64,000 nucleotides of DNA, taken from positions 140,634 through 204,633 of the IMG/VR virus record IMGVR_UViG_3300033977_000108. One strand, given 5' to 3'. The notes below the pieces were generated by a model, which searched no databases, was not told the DNA's origin, and saw nothing but the letters and a program-made list of their open reading frames with translations. The position numbers were made by a program, and so were the translations under genes. Shown here one piece after another: positions 36,243 through 46,134 of the stretch (the stretch's first letter is position 1; each line of letters starts with the position of its first letter).

Positions 36243-36610
36243 GGATCTGTCTCCTCCAGTACTTTTGCTATTACTTCCTCTGGGATGGCAGCTGTTACAC
36301 ACTCCTCATCACTGTCGCAGGCTCTGAATTGAAAGAATACACCTTCCTCATCAATTATCATCTGCAATGAATCTACAGATATGGGCTCGGCTTTTATGAC
36401 CGAATCACCGTAGCATTGCAAGCCCGTGCAGCCTGTATAGTTATGTGACAGCAATTGGGAGTCTTCTTTCAGGAGCTCCTTGAAGGCGTGCAGACGCCTC
36501 ATAATCAGTTCGGCTAGCGGCTCGTCCAGGTCCAATACGCAATACCAGGGAACTTTTGCCTCTCCCCCATACCAAGCGAAGCTTATTACGGGTACGATTA
36601 GCTGCTGCAT
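36215..36610 (-). CDS. hypothetical protein
   Basis: 131-aa ORF with GGAGG RBS. Confidence 0.55.
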   Translation of the reverse strand: MQQLIVPVISFAWYGGEAKVPWYCVLDLDEPLAELIMRRLHAFKELLKEDSQLLSHNYTGCTGLQCYGDSVIKAEPISVDSLQMIIDEEGVFFQFRACDSDEECVTAAIPEEVIAKVLEETDPCQMELPTS

Positions 36611-36673
36611 TTGTCCTCCTCTTCGAACCGGAGGAGTACCCCGTTATCCACGGCCCCCGCTAGATAAATGCGC

Positions 36674-36967
36674 TTACCGTTGCCGTCTCTCTGCGGCAGA
36701 CTTTTTGCCATGTTTCATCTCCTTCAGTAGGGCGTCTATAAGTGCTGTGGATTCATACCTTGTAATCTCCATCCAAATACCGACAGCATAAGACACGCCT
36801 TCTATAAATCCATACTCGAATCGAATACGATCTCTCACGTCTACGAGCAGTGCTTTCCACTCCTTGGATCTGGAGATCCTCTGAGCCATGGTCAAAGCAT
36901 CATCAGATATCCATGTCGGCAGTGGCTTCTGGTTGAGCTTGCGACCTACTACCAGTACTGTTGGCAT
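36674..36967 (-). CDS. hypothetical protein
   Basis: 97-aa ORF. Confidence 0.5.
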   Translation of the reverse strand: MPTVLVVGRKLNQKPLPTWISDDALTMAQRISRSKEWKALLVDVRDRIRFEYGFIEGVSYAVGIWMEITRYESTALIDALLKEMKHGKKSAAERRQR

Positions 36968-37292
36968 ACTTGGGCCTCACTGTATCTAGCAAAGTCATGA
37001 ACCGATTAGGTATTTTCTCCGGTTCTATTACAACCATGTCATTTGGTTTATTCAGTACCTTCTCACGGATTAGCATCTTTGGCTTATAGTCGGTATCCAC
37101 ATTGCATCGGATGCTTATATAGCCAAGTCTCACTTTGCCATTATCGTAGTACTTCCTATCGTGCCATGTGGAGTAGTGCTTCCTGGGTACGACCTCGATG
37201 ACTCTTGCCAGGTTCAATCCGTTGGCGTAGTAGATAACGAAATCCCCAGGCTTAATCTCGTGATCGAGCTTGTCTAAGACGTCGGTTTCCAT
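36903..37292 (-). CDS. small SH3-like paralog family member
   Basis: DKLDHEIKPGDFVIY...ARVIEV...IPNRFMTLLD. Confidence 0.65.
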   Translation of the reverse strand: METDVLDKLDHEIKPGDFVIYYANGLNLARVIEVVPRKHYSTWHDRKYYDNGKVRLGYISIRCNVDTDYKPKMLIREKVLNKPNDMVVIEPEKIPNRFMTLLDTVRPKYANSTGSRSQAQPEATADMDI

Positions 37293-37546
37293 GAGTTTAA
37301 CGCCAGCCTAATGTTATCCGGGATGATGTCCGGATGGATGATGACAGAGCGCGCGGAATCATTCACCACTTGTCTGTGCACTTTGTCCTTATCGTACCAC
37401 CCTGATCCGTAAGCCACCACGGAGGGCTTGTGCTCTCCGATGGCTATTACTTTACCCACTCGGAGATCGCCCATGTACTTGCCCTGCTTACACTGGAAAA
37501 TCAGATAGCAGCCGATGGTAAGTTCGTGGTCAAACATGTCTTTCAT
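37274..37546 (-). CDS. small SH3-like paralog family member
   Basis: DMFDHELTIGCYLIF...GKVIAI...IPDNIRLALN. Confidence 0.65.
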   Translation of the reverse strand: MKDMFDHELTIGCYLIFQCKQGKYMGDLRVGKVIAIGEHKPSVVAYGSGWYDKDKVHRQVVNDSARSVIIHPDIIPDNIRLALNSWKPTS

Positions 37547-37836
37547 AAGATTGGTTTCTCCTTATCCAGTACATCCATCGCCTGTTTGGGAACGCCTTCT
37601 GGGGCTACCCTCAGAGCTTGTCTTAGGTACATTTCGCCCGGTGGGACGGGTGGCTTGGGATATGCACCGCTATTGTATGCCCATAGTGTTGTTCGATAGA
37701 GCTGGGGTCCGAACACAGCCACTCTAACCTTATGTGGCGGGGTGATCTTGAGGATCCTTGCCCAGTTGAGATTGGTTGAGGCCTTGACGATGAAATCGCC
37801 GGGCTTTAGTTCAAGCCCCAAGTCGTCGTAGAGCAT
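37543..37836 (-). CDS. small SH3-like paralog family member
   Basis: DDLGLELKPGDFIV...ARILKI...VPKQAMDVLDK. Confidence 0.65.
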   Translation of the reverse strand: MLYDDLGLELKPGDFIVKASTNLNWARILKITPPHKVRVAVFGPQLYRTTLWAYNSGAYPKPPVPPGEMYLRQALRVAPEGVPKQAMDVLDKEKPIL

Positions 37837-37884
37837 ACGGTCTTCTTCTCCAGCTTGTCCATTATGAATTCCGGCAGGGCGCCA

Positions 37885-38280
37885 TCATTGCTTATCGCGG
37901 GCGATATTAGCTGCATGTTGCCCCTCTTTCTCGATGTAGTAGCGGGTCTCCCAGGGCGAGATAGAGTCCTGGTTACCATGCTTGGCGATGTCCTCCGTAT
38001 ATGGAGTACTACCATTGGGTGGGAACGCGGGACCCGTGCAGTATACGATTAGGTCAAAGTACTCCCCGTCATTCACCATGATATCGCCAGTAACGGCGAT
38101 CCCTTCCGAACCCGATGCACTCGCAGAAGCACTACTGAGTGCCATATTTATCATATTCCTCAGCCTGGTCAGCCCTTCTGTATTGCCTACTATGAATGAG
38201 GCATCATGCCAGACACCAGGCCCGAATACATGCAGTGTAGGGGCCTGTACAAAGCGCTGGCTGCAGACTATGTCTTTCAT
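37885..38280 (-). CDS. conserved hypothetical protein
   Basis: WHDASFIVGNTEGL..LR..I..AL...NDGE pattern. Confidence 0.6.
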   Translation of the reverse strand: MKDIVCSQRFVQAPTLHVFGPGVWHDASFIVGNTEGLTRLRNMINMALSSASASASGSEGIAVTGDIMVNDGEYFDLIVYCTGPAFPPNGSTPYTEDIAKHGNQDSISPWETRYYIEKEGQHAANIARDKQ

Positions 38281-38960
38281 GTGGACCCTCCCAGTATACA
38301 GGCGGAGTATAGATCGGCAATACTAATCAATACGGCCAGGGGATTCGTGGTATGCCCAGTGGTAGAGGTCTCAGTACGACCCGCAAAGCCAAAATGGGCA
38401 TCCGAGTACCCTCCCTCGGCAAATAGCAAGGACCCAGCCTGCAATTCAGTAAGCTGTATCCCGTGCTTCGCCAGCTCCTGGATGAGCTTCACCTCCTCGG
38501 TGACGTACCTAAAAGCGCCATCTTTATACCTGAACTCCTGGCCCTTCTCATTGTCCTTAAGCTGGGCAAGCTCCTCGGCCGTAAGCTTCTCGTACTTCCA
38601 GATCTTGGCAAAGTCGTGGATGTAGCAGCCAATGATAATATCACTGATGCTCACGGCTCCCCAGTCTCCGGCGTATAACTGCTTTATATCCAGGCAGATG
38701 CCAATCATCTGCCGGACGTGGTCGGATAGCCCACCGGACCACTTGTGATGCAGGCGCACGCTGGCTGGTGCATGCTGGAACTCCGGGTGTGCCAGGTGGA
38801 AGGCAAGCCACTTCTCTGCCTCCGTCTGGGGGCTGATCTCGGACAGCCAGTCACATGTATTGGTCTTACTATAACGATACCTGACCATCCGTGCTCCCTG
38901 CTCCTCCATGTAGGCCATAGCTGCGCGGATGTCTATGCGAACAATATTGCTATCGCTCAT
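38277..38960 (-). CDS. HD-domain phosphohydrolase (YhaM-like HH...GGL..H...HD)
   Basis: PASVRLHHKWSGGLSDH, YIHDFAK, ADLYS. Confidence 0.8.
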   Translation of the reverse strand: MSDSNIVRIDIRAAMAYMEEQGARMVRYRYSKTNTCDWLSEISPQTEAEKWLAFHLAHPEFQHAPASVRLHHKWSGGLSDHVRQMIGICLDIKQLYAGDWGAVSISDIIIGCYIHDFAKIWKYEKLTAEELAQLKDNEKGQEFRYKDGAFRYVTEEVKLIQELAKHGIQLTELQAGSLLFAEGGYSDAHFGFAGRTETSTTGHTTNPLAVLISIADLYSACILGGST

Positions 38961-39168
38961 CTTGCGTACTCGTCCAGTTGATCTTGAAGTACGGGCCCTC
39001 TACATCGAAAGGGTTCGGCCCCCAGCGCTTTCCATAGCGCAATACCCGCTTGGCAGGCCCCTTGCACTTTGGGCATACCTGGTCCTTCTCATAGTCATCG
39101 AAAGTATGCCGCTCCTCAAACTCGGTCTTACAGTCTGGGCTACGGCATTCATACTGGTAGATAGGCAT
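38950..39168 (-). CDS. FmdB-family zinc-ribbon protein
   Basis: MPIYQYEC..C...F...CPKC. Confidence 0.8.
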   Translation of the reverse strand: MPIYQYECRSPDCKTEFEERHTFDDYEKDQVCPKCKGPAKRVLRYGKRWGPNPFDVEGPYFKINWTSTQDER

Positions 39169-39542
39169 TATTTCTCCTCTGGCAGCAGCTCTACTTCGCC
39201 GGTCAATGAGACAAAGTATTGTCGGCCTGGTTTCATGCCCTTGACTTCTTTCTTTAGCACAGCATCAATAGCCATGCCGGCGAATTTGGCTATAGTGTTC
39301 ATCAGCTTGCCGCCTAATTGAGGCACCACTCTTGGATTATCCCCGCGTATGGCCAGCATGGGAAGAATGATACCAGGTGATCTCTTTTCGCCTGGGACTA
39401 CCTTGCCATAGAGCAGGGCAAAGAAGTTCTCATTTCCTGGGCCGGCGCAAAGATGGATGATGGCATAGTGTCCTGTCTTTATGGCGGTCTTTCTATCAGG
39501 CGTTACTGTTATCAGTGCGTGTGTCAGAACTATTGGATCCAT
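39168..39542 (-). CDS. hypothetical protein
   Basis: 124-aa coupled ORF. Confidence 0.55.
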   Translation of the reverse strand: MDPIVLTHALITVTPDRKTAIKTGHYAIIHLCAGPGNENFFALLYGKVVPGEKRSPGIILPMLAIRGDNPRVVPQLGGKLMNTIAKFAGMAIDAVLKKEVKGMKPGRQYFVSLTGEVELLPEEK

Positions 39543-39544
39543 CT

Positions 39545-40147
39545 TTATTCCATCCCTTCATAAAACTGCTCATTTTCGTCCCAATCCAAGGCCGTATCTA
39601 ATTGTATGGCGCAAGTATCCAGCCAGTTTACTCCTTCCAGCGTCTCCATGTCAAGCTCCCGATTATCGGTAATGCTGTGAATCGCATTCATGAACTTCGT
39701 AAGCTCGCCCTTGAACAGATGGGATAGCTTCCTGACTTTGTATTCGTCGGCATCTTCAAAGGTATCCTTCTCCCGCAGCGCCCCTTCTACATACAGCCTA
39801 TCTTCCAGGTCGGCAATGGCCTGTCTCCAACTGAATGGCGCCGTGTGCTTTACAATAACGCGTGCGGGGGATTGATGAAAGTCGCGCACAGCTCGCTTGC
39901 GGGCTATCTTGATGCCTTTCTTACGAATGAACTGGTCTGGCCCATAGCGTCCCGGCAGCCCAGGGCTGCATCTGGCCAATCCTACTACCCACTCAGATGT
40001 GGGGTCATCCTCTGTTGGCTTCTTGGTTAGATAGGCGGCTACTATCCGCCTATTGTGGAAGCTCCCCGGCTCAAATAGGACAACGGATAACTCCTTTGTT
40101 ATCTGTAGCTCCGGGGCCGCTAACTCCGACTCGGAAATACTGCCCAT
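39545..40147 (-). CDS. hypothetical protein with G.A.C.P..D.F...G..IA..RA phage domain
   Basis: VGLARCSP...DQFIRKKGIKIARKRA. Confidence 0.55.
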   Translation of the reverse strand: MGSISESELAAPELQITKELSVVLFEPGSFHNRRIVAAYLTKKPTEDDPTSEWVVGLARCSPGLPGRYGPDQFIRKKGIKIARKRAVRDFHQSPARVIVKHTAPFSWRQAIADLEDRLYVEGALREKDTFEDADEYKVRKLSHLFKGELTKFMNAIHSITDNRELDMETLEGVNWLDTCAIQLDTALDWDENEQFYEGME

Positions 40148-40155
40148 GGCTCCTC

Positions 40156-42327
40156 CTAATGGTTCAGCCGCCAAGCCAGTAAGCTATTCCGCTTGGACTG
40201 CTGATTATTCTTTACTGCTATTTCCAGGGCTGACCTGCTACCCAGGAAGATTATGAGCTTCTTTGCCCTTGTAGCTGCAGTGTAAATCAGCTGTCGCTGG
40301 AGCATAATGTAGTGCGACCTCAGCAAGACGACTATTACGCAATCGTATTCACTGCCTTGGCTCTTATGTATGGTAGTAGCATAAGCCAGCTGTAGATCCT
40401 TTGCGTCCTCATAGGGATACAGAACTTCCTGGCCGTCAAAGTCAATGGTCAGTGTCTCCTCCGTGGAGTCTGCTCCTTTTATGATACCAATATCGCCATT
40501 ATAGACGTTTAGATCATAATTATTTACTATCTGCATGACCCGATCACCGACTTGAAGGGCTCGCGATAGCTCAACCACTAGCTTGCCATTGGGGTTGATT
40601 AAGTCGCGCAGAAAGACATTTAGTTCATTGACGCCGGCTCTGCCGCCCTTCATTGGTACTAATACTTGTACCTGTTTCTTCGGGTTGAGCTTGAACTTAT
40701 CGGGTATTCTATCTTCTATGAGTTTTTGCAGCGTTGTTTTAATCCAGGCCTCCTGCTTGTCCTTTCCTTTGACCGCCTCTATAAAGTAGCTGTCGGACAA
40801 GTCGCCAGCATTGGCCGGCGGGAAGGAGGGCATCTCTCCGCGCCTGATGGCGTGGGCGTTGCGGACAATAAGGCTGGTCTCGGCCTGTCTAAAGACCTGC
40901 GTTAGCTTCACGGTCTCTATCTTTCTACTCTCCAGTAGGGACTTCAGGACGCTTCCTGGACCTACGGCCGGCAGCTGCTCTGGGTCGCCTATAAGTAGAA
41001 CGGTAGTGCCCAAAGCTATGGCTTTGAACAGATGGCAGGCCAACTCAGCATCTACCATGGAGAATTCATCTACCACCAGAATGTCAGCATCCAAGAAGTT
41101 GTCTTTGTTGCGGCCGAACCTGCCCTCATTGGGCTTGAATTCCAGCAGCCTATGTATTGTCTGTGCCTCATGCCCGGAGACTTCGCTCAATCGCTTGGCG
41201 GCTCGGCCGGTTGGCGCAGCAAGGCTTACCTTAAGCCCTAAGTCTTTGGCTAGGGAGACGAGCGCCCTTATCGTTGTGGTCTTGCCGGTGCCAGGGCCAC
41301 CAGTTAGGATAGAGATGGACCTTTTCAGGGCGTTCTTTACAGCCCTTTGCTGGTCTTCGGTCAATATCAGTGGGGTTTGGCCATTGGGGACCGCTATACT
41401 TTTGGGTATTGGTATGTCAATCAGCATCAAATGTTGGAGCAGACAGGTCACATCTTCAGCTATACTCTTCTCTGCTTGAAGCAGGTGTGGAAGATAGGAC
41501 AACTCTACATCGCCAGCTTTGGTCTTCATTGTTTCTTTTGCTACGTAGCCCTTCTCTATGGCGCCTTTCAATGAGGCTCTTGCCTCTTCTGGCAGCACGC
41601 CTATCAGCCTGGCAGCACGCTGTATCAATAACTCCTCTGGAATGAACATGTGCCCATCATTGGCCGCTTCATCCAGCAGATAGGCAAAGCTTGCCTCCAG
41701 GCGTTCAGGCGAGTCCTCCGGCCATTTCATCTTCTGGGCCATTTCGTCCGCGCGCTTGAAGCCAATGCCGGGCACAGACATCAGTCTGTATGGGTTGGCT
41801 TTCAGTATGTCAACAGCGTCCCCGCCAAACGTTATGTGCACACGATGCGTCCACACTGTGCTGATACCATATTTCGCAAGGAACAATGCCAGCTGGCGCT
41901 CTATACGGTCCCGGCGCCAGGCCTTAGCAATGCGTGAGGCCGTAAGCTCTTTGATACCGGGTACTTTGGTGAGCTGCTCTGGATGGTTCTGCAGTACGTT
42001 CTCAAGCTCTGCAAGCGTTGGGAAGCGCAGGGCTATGGCCGTGGCTTTTATCGGTCCAACCCCTGGGATCTCTCTGGCCAGATAATCCCGGATAGCCTCG
42101 ATAGTAGTGCCGATAACACGAGCGGCCACAGCAACTTGGAACTGCTCACCATACGTTGGGTTGTTCACCTTCTCGCCATTGATCTCGATCAGTTCGTCCG
42201 GCCCGACGAGAGGCAGAGTGCCAACCACCGTTATCTGCTCGGCGGCACCCTTAGAGATGAATTCGCCGATAGCGAAGTTACCTCTCCGGTACTTCACGTC
42301 GGTCAGATAGCCTTGTAGTGATTCCAT
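40156..42327 (-). CDS. recD2: RecD2-like SF1B DNA helicase
   Basis: N-terminal HhH (IPGVGP, VPGIGF), LTGGPGTGKT, APTGRAA, VVDEFSM, GDPEQLPAVGPG, AYATTIHKSQGSE, YTAATRA. Confidence 0.93.
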   Translation of the reverse strand: MESLQGYLTDVKYRRGNFAIGEFISKGAAEQITVVGTLPLVGPDELIEINGEKVNNPTYGEQFQVAVAARVIGTTIEAIRDYLAREIPGVGPIKATAIALRFPTLAELENVLQNHPEQLTKVPGIKELTASRIAKAWRRDRIERQLALFLAKYGISTVWTHRVHITFGGDAVDILKANPYRLMSVPGIGFKRADEMAQKMKWPEDSPERLEASFAYLLDEAANDGHMFIPEELLIQRAARLIGVLPEEARASLKGAIEKGYVAKETMKTKAGDVELSYLPHLLQAEKSIAEDVTCLLQHLMLIDIPIPKSIAVPNGQTPLILTEDQQRAVKNALKRSISILTGGPGTGKTTTIRALVSLAKDLGLKVSLAAPTGRAAKRLSEVSGHEAQTIHRLLEFKPNEGRFGRNKDNFLDADILVVDEFSMVDAELACHLFKAIALGTTVLLIGDPEQLPAVGPGSVLKSLLESRKIETVKLTQVFRQAETSLIVRNAHAIRRGEMPSFPPANAGDLSDSYFIEAVKGKDKQEAWIKTTLQKLIEDRIPDKFKLNPKKQVQVLVPMKGGRAGVNELNVFLRDLINPNGKLVVELSRALQVGDRVMQIVNNYDLNVYNGDIGIIKGADSTEETLTIDFDGQEVLYPYEDAKDLQLAYATTIHKSQGSEYDCVIVVLLRSHYIMLQRQLIYTAATRAKKLIIFLGSRSALEIAVKNNQQSKRNSLLAWRLNH

Positions 42328-42328
42328 C

Positions 42329-42760
42329 TTATCTCCCGTGCACCCATACATTGTTTGGTAGGTCTTCAAGCAGGGGCTTTACTTGTTCCCACTTCAGCCC
42401 TCCACAGCCGCAACCGGGGCGTGGCAGGTGGAAGATGAAATTGGGGGAATCCTCCGCCAGGTGCAGCAATTGGGTGGCCGATTCCTTTATCCTCTTCAGA
42501 ATAGAAGGCTTACGCCAGTCTTCCTTGGTAGGGAATGCAAGCATCTTGCCATTGTCCAGCCAGCACACTCTATTGCCGAATTCACCCAGATGCAAAGCCA
42601 ATTGCATAGGAACTAACGGCGCTCGGCGTTGGGCTTCCAGTGCCACGCCAGCACCCATCACAGCCCTCCCGTCCTTCCTGACACATCCATTGGTTGTAAT
42701 ACAAATCACATGGCCAGGCTCGCCATAGCGTTCCCACAGATCACCGGGTACCTCGATCAT
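42329..42760 (-). CDS. macrodomain (ADP-ribose-binding/hydrolase) protein
   Basis: ITTN...AVMGAGVA...FPTK..W...LPRPGCG.GGL.W. Confidence 0.85.
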   Translation of the reverse strand: MIEVPGDLWERYGEPGHVICITTNGCVRKDGRAVMGAGVALEAQRRAPLVPMQLALHLGEFGNRVCWLDNGKMLAFPTKEDWRKPSILKRIKESATQLLHLAEDSPNFIFHLPRPGCGCGGLKWEQVKPLLEDLPNNVWVHGR

Positions 42761-43173
42761 ATGCCGTGCTCCCTCTTGAAGGCGCCTACCCGTATATATT
42801 CGGTGGTAGCCTCCTCTACAGCAGGGCTCTCGAACGCGTAGGTCACCACGGTGGTGACCACAAAGTCGGAGCCACAGTTGGAACAGGTGACATTATGTTC
42901 GCCGCTTTCGAAGATGCTTTCAGATATGTCATACGGCTCGTGTAGAGTTTTACATTTGGGGCAGCGTACCCTGCGCTCGTGGATTGTTGCTTCCTTCCTG
43001 TCCCTTAGGTTCTCGCAGGGGACACACAGGGCTTTGTGCCCTGATTCGAACGCAATACAGGCGTCACACTGGTAGCAGCTCTCGCCGTTGGCTACCTGCG
43101 CCCTTTTGTATGAATCCCAGTCTGTCTCGCCAGTGACTGGATCAGTATGGTCCGCGAGTCTTGTTATGCTCAC
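42757..43173 (-). CDS. multi-zinc-finger protein
   Basis: Four CxxC pairs. Confidence 0.6.
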   Translation of the reverse strand: MSITRLADHTDPVTGETDWDSYKRAQVANGESCYQCDACIAFESGHKALCVPCENLRDRKEATIHERRVRCPKCKTLHEPYDISESIFESGEHNVTCSNCGSDFVVTTVVTYAFESPAVEEATTEYIRVGAFKREHGI

Positions 43174-43191
43174 AACTGACCTCCTCTTCTA

Positions 43192-43473
43192 TTACCGGAG
43201 CCCTCCAATAGTATCCAGGGCGAATTTTAGACCGGCAGCCTGCTTCATGTCATTGTTGGTGCTTATAGGCTGTCCTGGCTCAATGGGGTCGTCAGGCAGT
43301 TCGTCAATCATCTTCCAGATGGCACTAGCATAGCAGTAGACTCTTTGTCCTTCGGCATAATGATACCAGGCGCCCCGTTCGTAGCCTGCCAGTGGGGCAT
43401 TGTTCCGCCGACAAAGGAAGCAGACAGCCTCGGTAGCCTGCTCAAGCAGGTCCTTCTTTTCCTCGTTGGTCAT
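43192..43473 (-). CDS. hypothetical protein
   Basis: AAGGAG RBS; Cys/His residues. Confidence 0.5.
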   Translation of the reverse strand: MTNEEKKDLLEQATEAVCFLCRRNNAPLAGYERGAWYHYAEGQRVYCYASAIWKMIDELPDDPIEPGQPISTNNDMKQAAGLKFALDTIGGLR

Positions 43474-43584
43474 TTGGCTCCTTCTTTTTGCCGATGTAAA
43501 TCTCAAGCGTAGCTTTCAGATTCTCTATCTGTTCGTGGAGCCGCGCTATTTGGCGCAGCTTCTTCTTATTCTTCAGCACCTGCT

Positions 43585-44052
43585 TCATCGCTTCAGCTTA
43601 TCCCTCACTTTCATCAGTATCTTACCCAAGTGGTTCTCGCCGCCGACATTCTTGCATTTGGGGCAGGTGCAGTTTCCCCACCGGTTGTCGTGCCACCAGT
43701 TTCCCTCTATTAGCGTGGCGTCGCCTGTCGCTAACAGCTTCTCTTTCAAGAACTTATCCTGGAATTTGATGGTAACAATCTCTTCCATTACCTGTAGGGC
43801 CAGCTCTGGCGACCAATCGGGGCGCAGGCGTATAGAGTCTCCCAATTTCTTGGCTTGGGCGGGATGCAAGTTGCAGAACAGTGCCCGTGTTGCGGTGTCA
43901 GTAGGCACTACTTTGGCTGCTTGATAGGCATTCTCTGAAGATCGGTAGGTAAGTCCTTCATATACAACCTCCTGCAGATGGAAGTTGGATGCCCACTCAA
44001 ATTCGCCCTTAAATTCACCTATGATTTCCATTGAATGGTTGTAGTCTCCCAT
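43585..44052 (-). CDS. NADAR (YbiA-like) domain protein
   Basis: SNF...SSENAYQAAK...AKKLG...RPDW...KF...LLATG...LIEG...D..WG...GENHLGKILM. Confidence 0.9.
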   Translation of the reverse strand: MGDYNHSMEIIGEFKGEFEWASNFHLQEVVYEGLTYRSSENAYQAAKVVPTDTATRALFCNLHPAQAKKLGDSIRLRPDWSPELALQVMEEIVTIKFQDKFLKEKLLATGDATLIEGNWWHDNRWGNCTCPKCKNVGGENHLGKILMKVRDKLKR

Positions 44053-44275
44053 GGCGTTTCATTCTCTTACGCACGCGATCCGTAATGGCATCGTTTCTCC
44101 TCCAGATAAACCCGAACTGACCATCTTTGATGGCTGCTTCGGCGGTGTGGACCAAGCCGCAGTCGCAGCAGGCCATATCATGTGTTTCCATTAGAAGTGG
44201 ATAGAATCTGCCTTCTGTTCTTACCTTGAAGTAATCACGCACTAGGCTTCCTCCCTCAAAAGCAGGCAACGCCAT
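44015..44275 (-). CDS. small Zn-ribbon hypothetical protein
   Basis: MACCDCGLVH. Confidence 0.5.
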   Translation of the reverse strand: MALPAFEGGSLVRDYFKVRTEGRFYPLLMETHDMACCDCGLVHTAEAAIKDGQFGFIWRRNDAITDRVRKRMKRHGRLQPFNGNHR

Positions 44276-44284
44276 GCAGCTTTC

Positions 44285-44539
44285 CTATGCCTGCGCGCTC
44301 TCCTTTGTGGGCATTAGCAAGACTTGCTTTGATTTTACTTTGTCTTCGTAGAGGTCGGCCAGGCCGCTCAATAGCGCGCGCACATCTCTTGGCGCAGTCT
44401 CATTTGTATTGGAGAATTTCATAAGGGTCGGGGGCTTCACGCCCCAGATGAAGCCAATGATACACATCTCGCGCTTGTTTGCCAGGTCTGTCACATAGCC
44501 AGCCATGGCTATCAGTTCGTCGCCTTCGGCTTCGGTCAT
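44285..44539 (-). CDS. hypothetical protein
   Basis: 84-aa coupled ORF. Confidence 0.5.
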   Translation of the reverse strand: MTEAEGDELIAMAGYVTDLANKREMCIIGFIWGVKPPTLMKFSNTNETAPRDVRALLSGLADLYEDKVKSKQVLLMPTKESAQA

Positions 44540-45089
44540 GCTGCCAACTCCATGGGTATATTTGTTTCAACGGGGTCTACCAGTATGTAGGGCTCCATTA
44601 CTGGGTCTTCCCTATACTGGCTGTCATACAATACTTCGCCGTTGACAGTGACGGTTAGAATGCCATCCTTTACGACGACATAGCCATCCTTGTCGTCGCA
44701 GGTATAGTAGAATGCTAAATCACTTACCCATTCTGGCGCGTTTCTTCTTATCCACGGACCTTCTATGCCCGTCAGGCGCGCCAGTATTCCTTCCGCATCT
44801 ATGCTTGTTACGAACAACTGGTTCAATCGGTTCGGTAGGGTCAGCAACAGATTCTCCTTTATGTGGTTGGGGGAGCATTGATGATAATTTCAGGCAGTTG
44901 TCGCAGTATAGCAGCCCTCCGGCTTTACTACCGCGGCAGTGAAAGCAGAGGTCTCCCCTTATGTATCTCTTCAGCTCGGCTTCGGTCAGGAATTCTTCGT
45001 CCCTGCACCACGGGCTGCAGAAGACCCTCTTATCCCCCAAAATAGTGTATCTGAAGAAGCCTATCAGTCTATGACAGGCATCACACTTT

Positions 45090-45428
45090 TCAGGTGGCTT
45101 TATCGGACGCGGCGTCGGAGAAGACCGCGCTCTCCCACTTCCCGGGCGAAGCAGGGCGCTCATCTCTTCCAGGGCTTCTAGGCTGGGATAATCCTTCAAG
45201 TTTCACCTCAAATTCTTTCTTATCCAGCTCGGCGCGCATGATATCAAACGGTTCATCAAACACCAGCAGCCGCAGCAAGTGGAGCAGCACCAGCTTGTAA
45301 ATCCTATCATCGGCAAAATGCATGTACCAATCAGCCGCTGCTCCAAGCAGGGCCACCGGGTTGGTTGGTGGAAATGGATCCTCTATAAGGCAGCGGATCG
45401 TTTCAATTGTTTTGGGCTGTAGTTGCAT
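45090..45428 (-). CDS. hypothetical protein
   Basis: 112-aa ORF with GAGGGA RBS. Confidence 0.5.
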   Translation of the reverse strand: MQLQPKTIETIRCLIEDPFPPTNPVALLGAAADWYMHFADDRIYKLVLLHLLRLLVFDEPFDIMRAELDKKEFEVKLEGLSQPRSPGRDERPASPGKWESAVFSDAASDKAT

Positions 45429-45501
45429 TGGCTTCCCTCAGCTCCTTCGGCCCGGGCGGCGTAGATTAGAAATAGGAGCGTATGAGGGCGCCAGTATGTG
45501 A

Positions 45502-45863
45502 TCACCCTGCTGGACTATTAGAACTCTCATGCTTCTTCTCCTCCGCTAGGACCATAGCTTGCCATTCGCGCATTGGCTTGATGGAGATGTCTTGTATGGC
45601 GTACCCCCGCTCTCGATATATGTCGATATCTGTTATCATTGCGGACTCTTTGTCCCACCAGCATTCGCCTCCCCAAACTACGTCGCCGTTGTCCAGCGTC
45701 AGCTTGGGGTTCTTCTGGCCTGCTTCCCGCATAGCAGGGCAAAGGCCCATGGCATCTTCGGACGGCACCTCTTCGCCCTCATAAATGCCGTAACCAAGAA
45801 AATAAACCACCTTGGCATTGCTATCAACCAGGTATACAACACCGATGCGATCACCTTTGGTCA
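45502..45863 (-). CDS. conserved phage hypothetical protein
   Basis: LGYGIYEGEEVP...NPKLTLDNGDVVWGGECWW; start refined to MTKGD. Confidence 0.65.
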
Positions 45864-46134
45864 TTGCTCTCCTGCGGCATTCCATGCCATCGCTGTGTTT
45901 ATGTGTTCTCTTTCTTACCAAGGAGGTCTTTGCACTCCTGGCATCTGACCTGTCTTGGACCCCCATTCGCGGGGTTATAGTCGAGTTCCACTTCGTGCCC
46001 GCAGGAAAGTACATAAGTCCATACTCTGTAGTCGTCCGTATTGGTTAGCACATACCTCATGGTGGTCTGTTTGACCACCGATCTCCAGGGTACCTGGGGC
46101 TCATCTATCTTAGTCCACAACTTGCTCCACCAAC

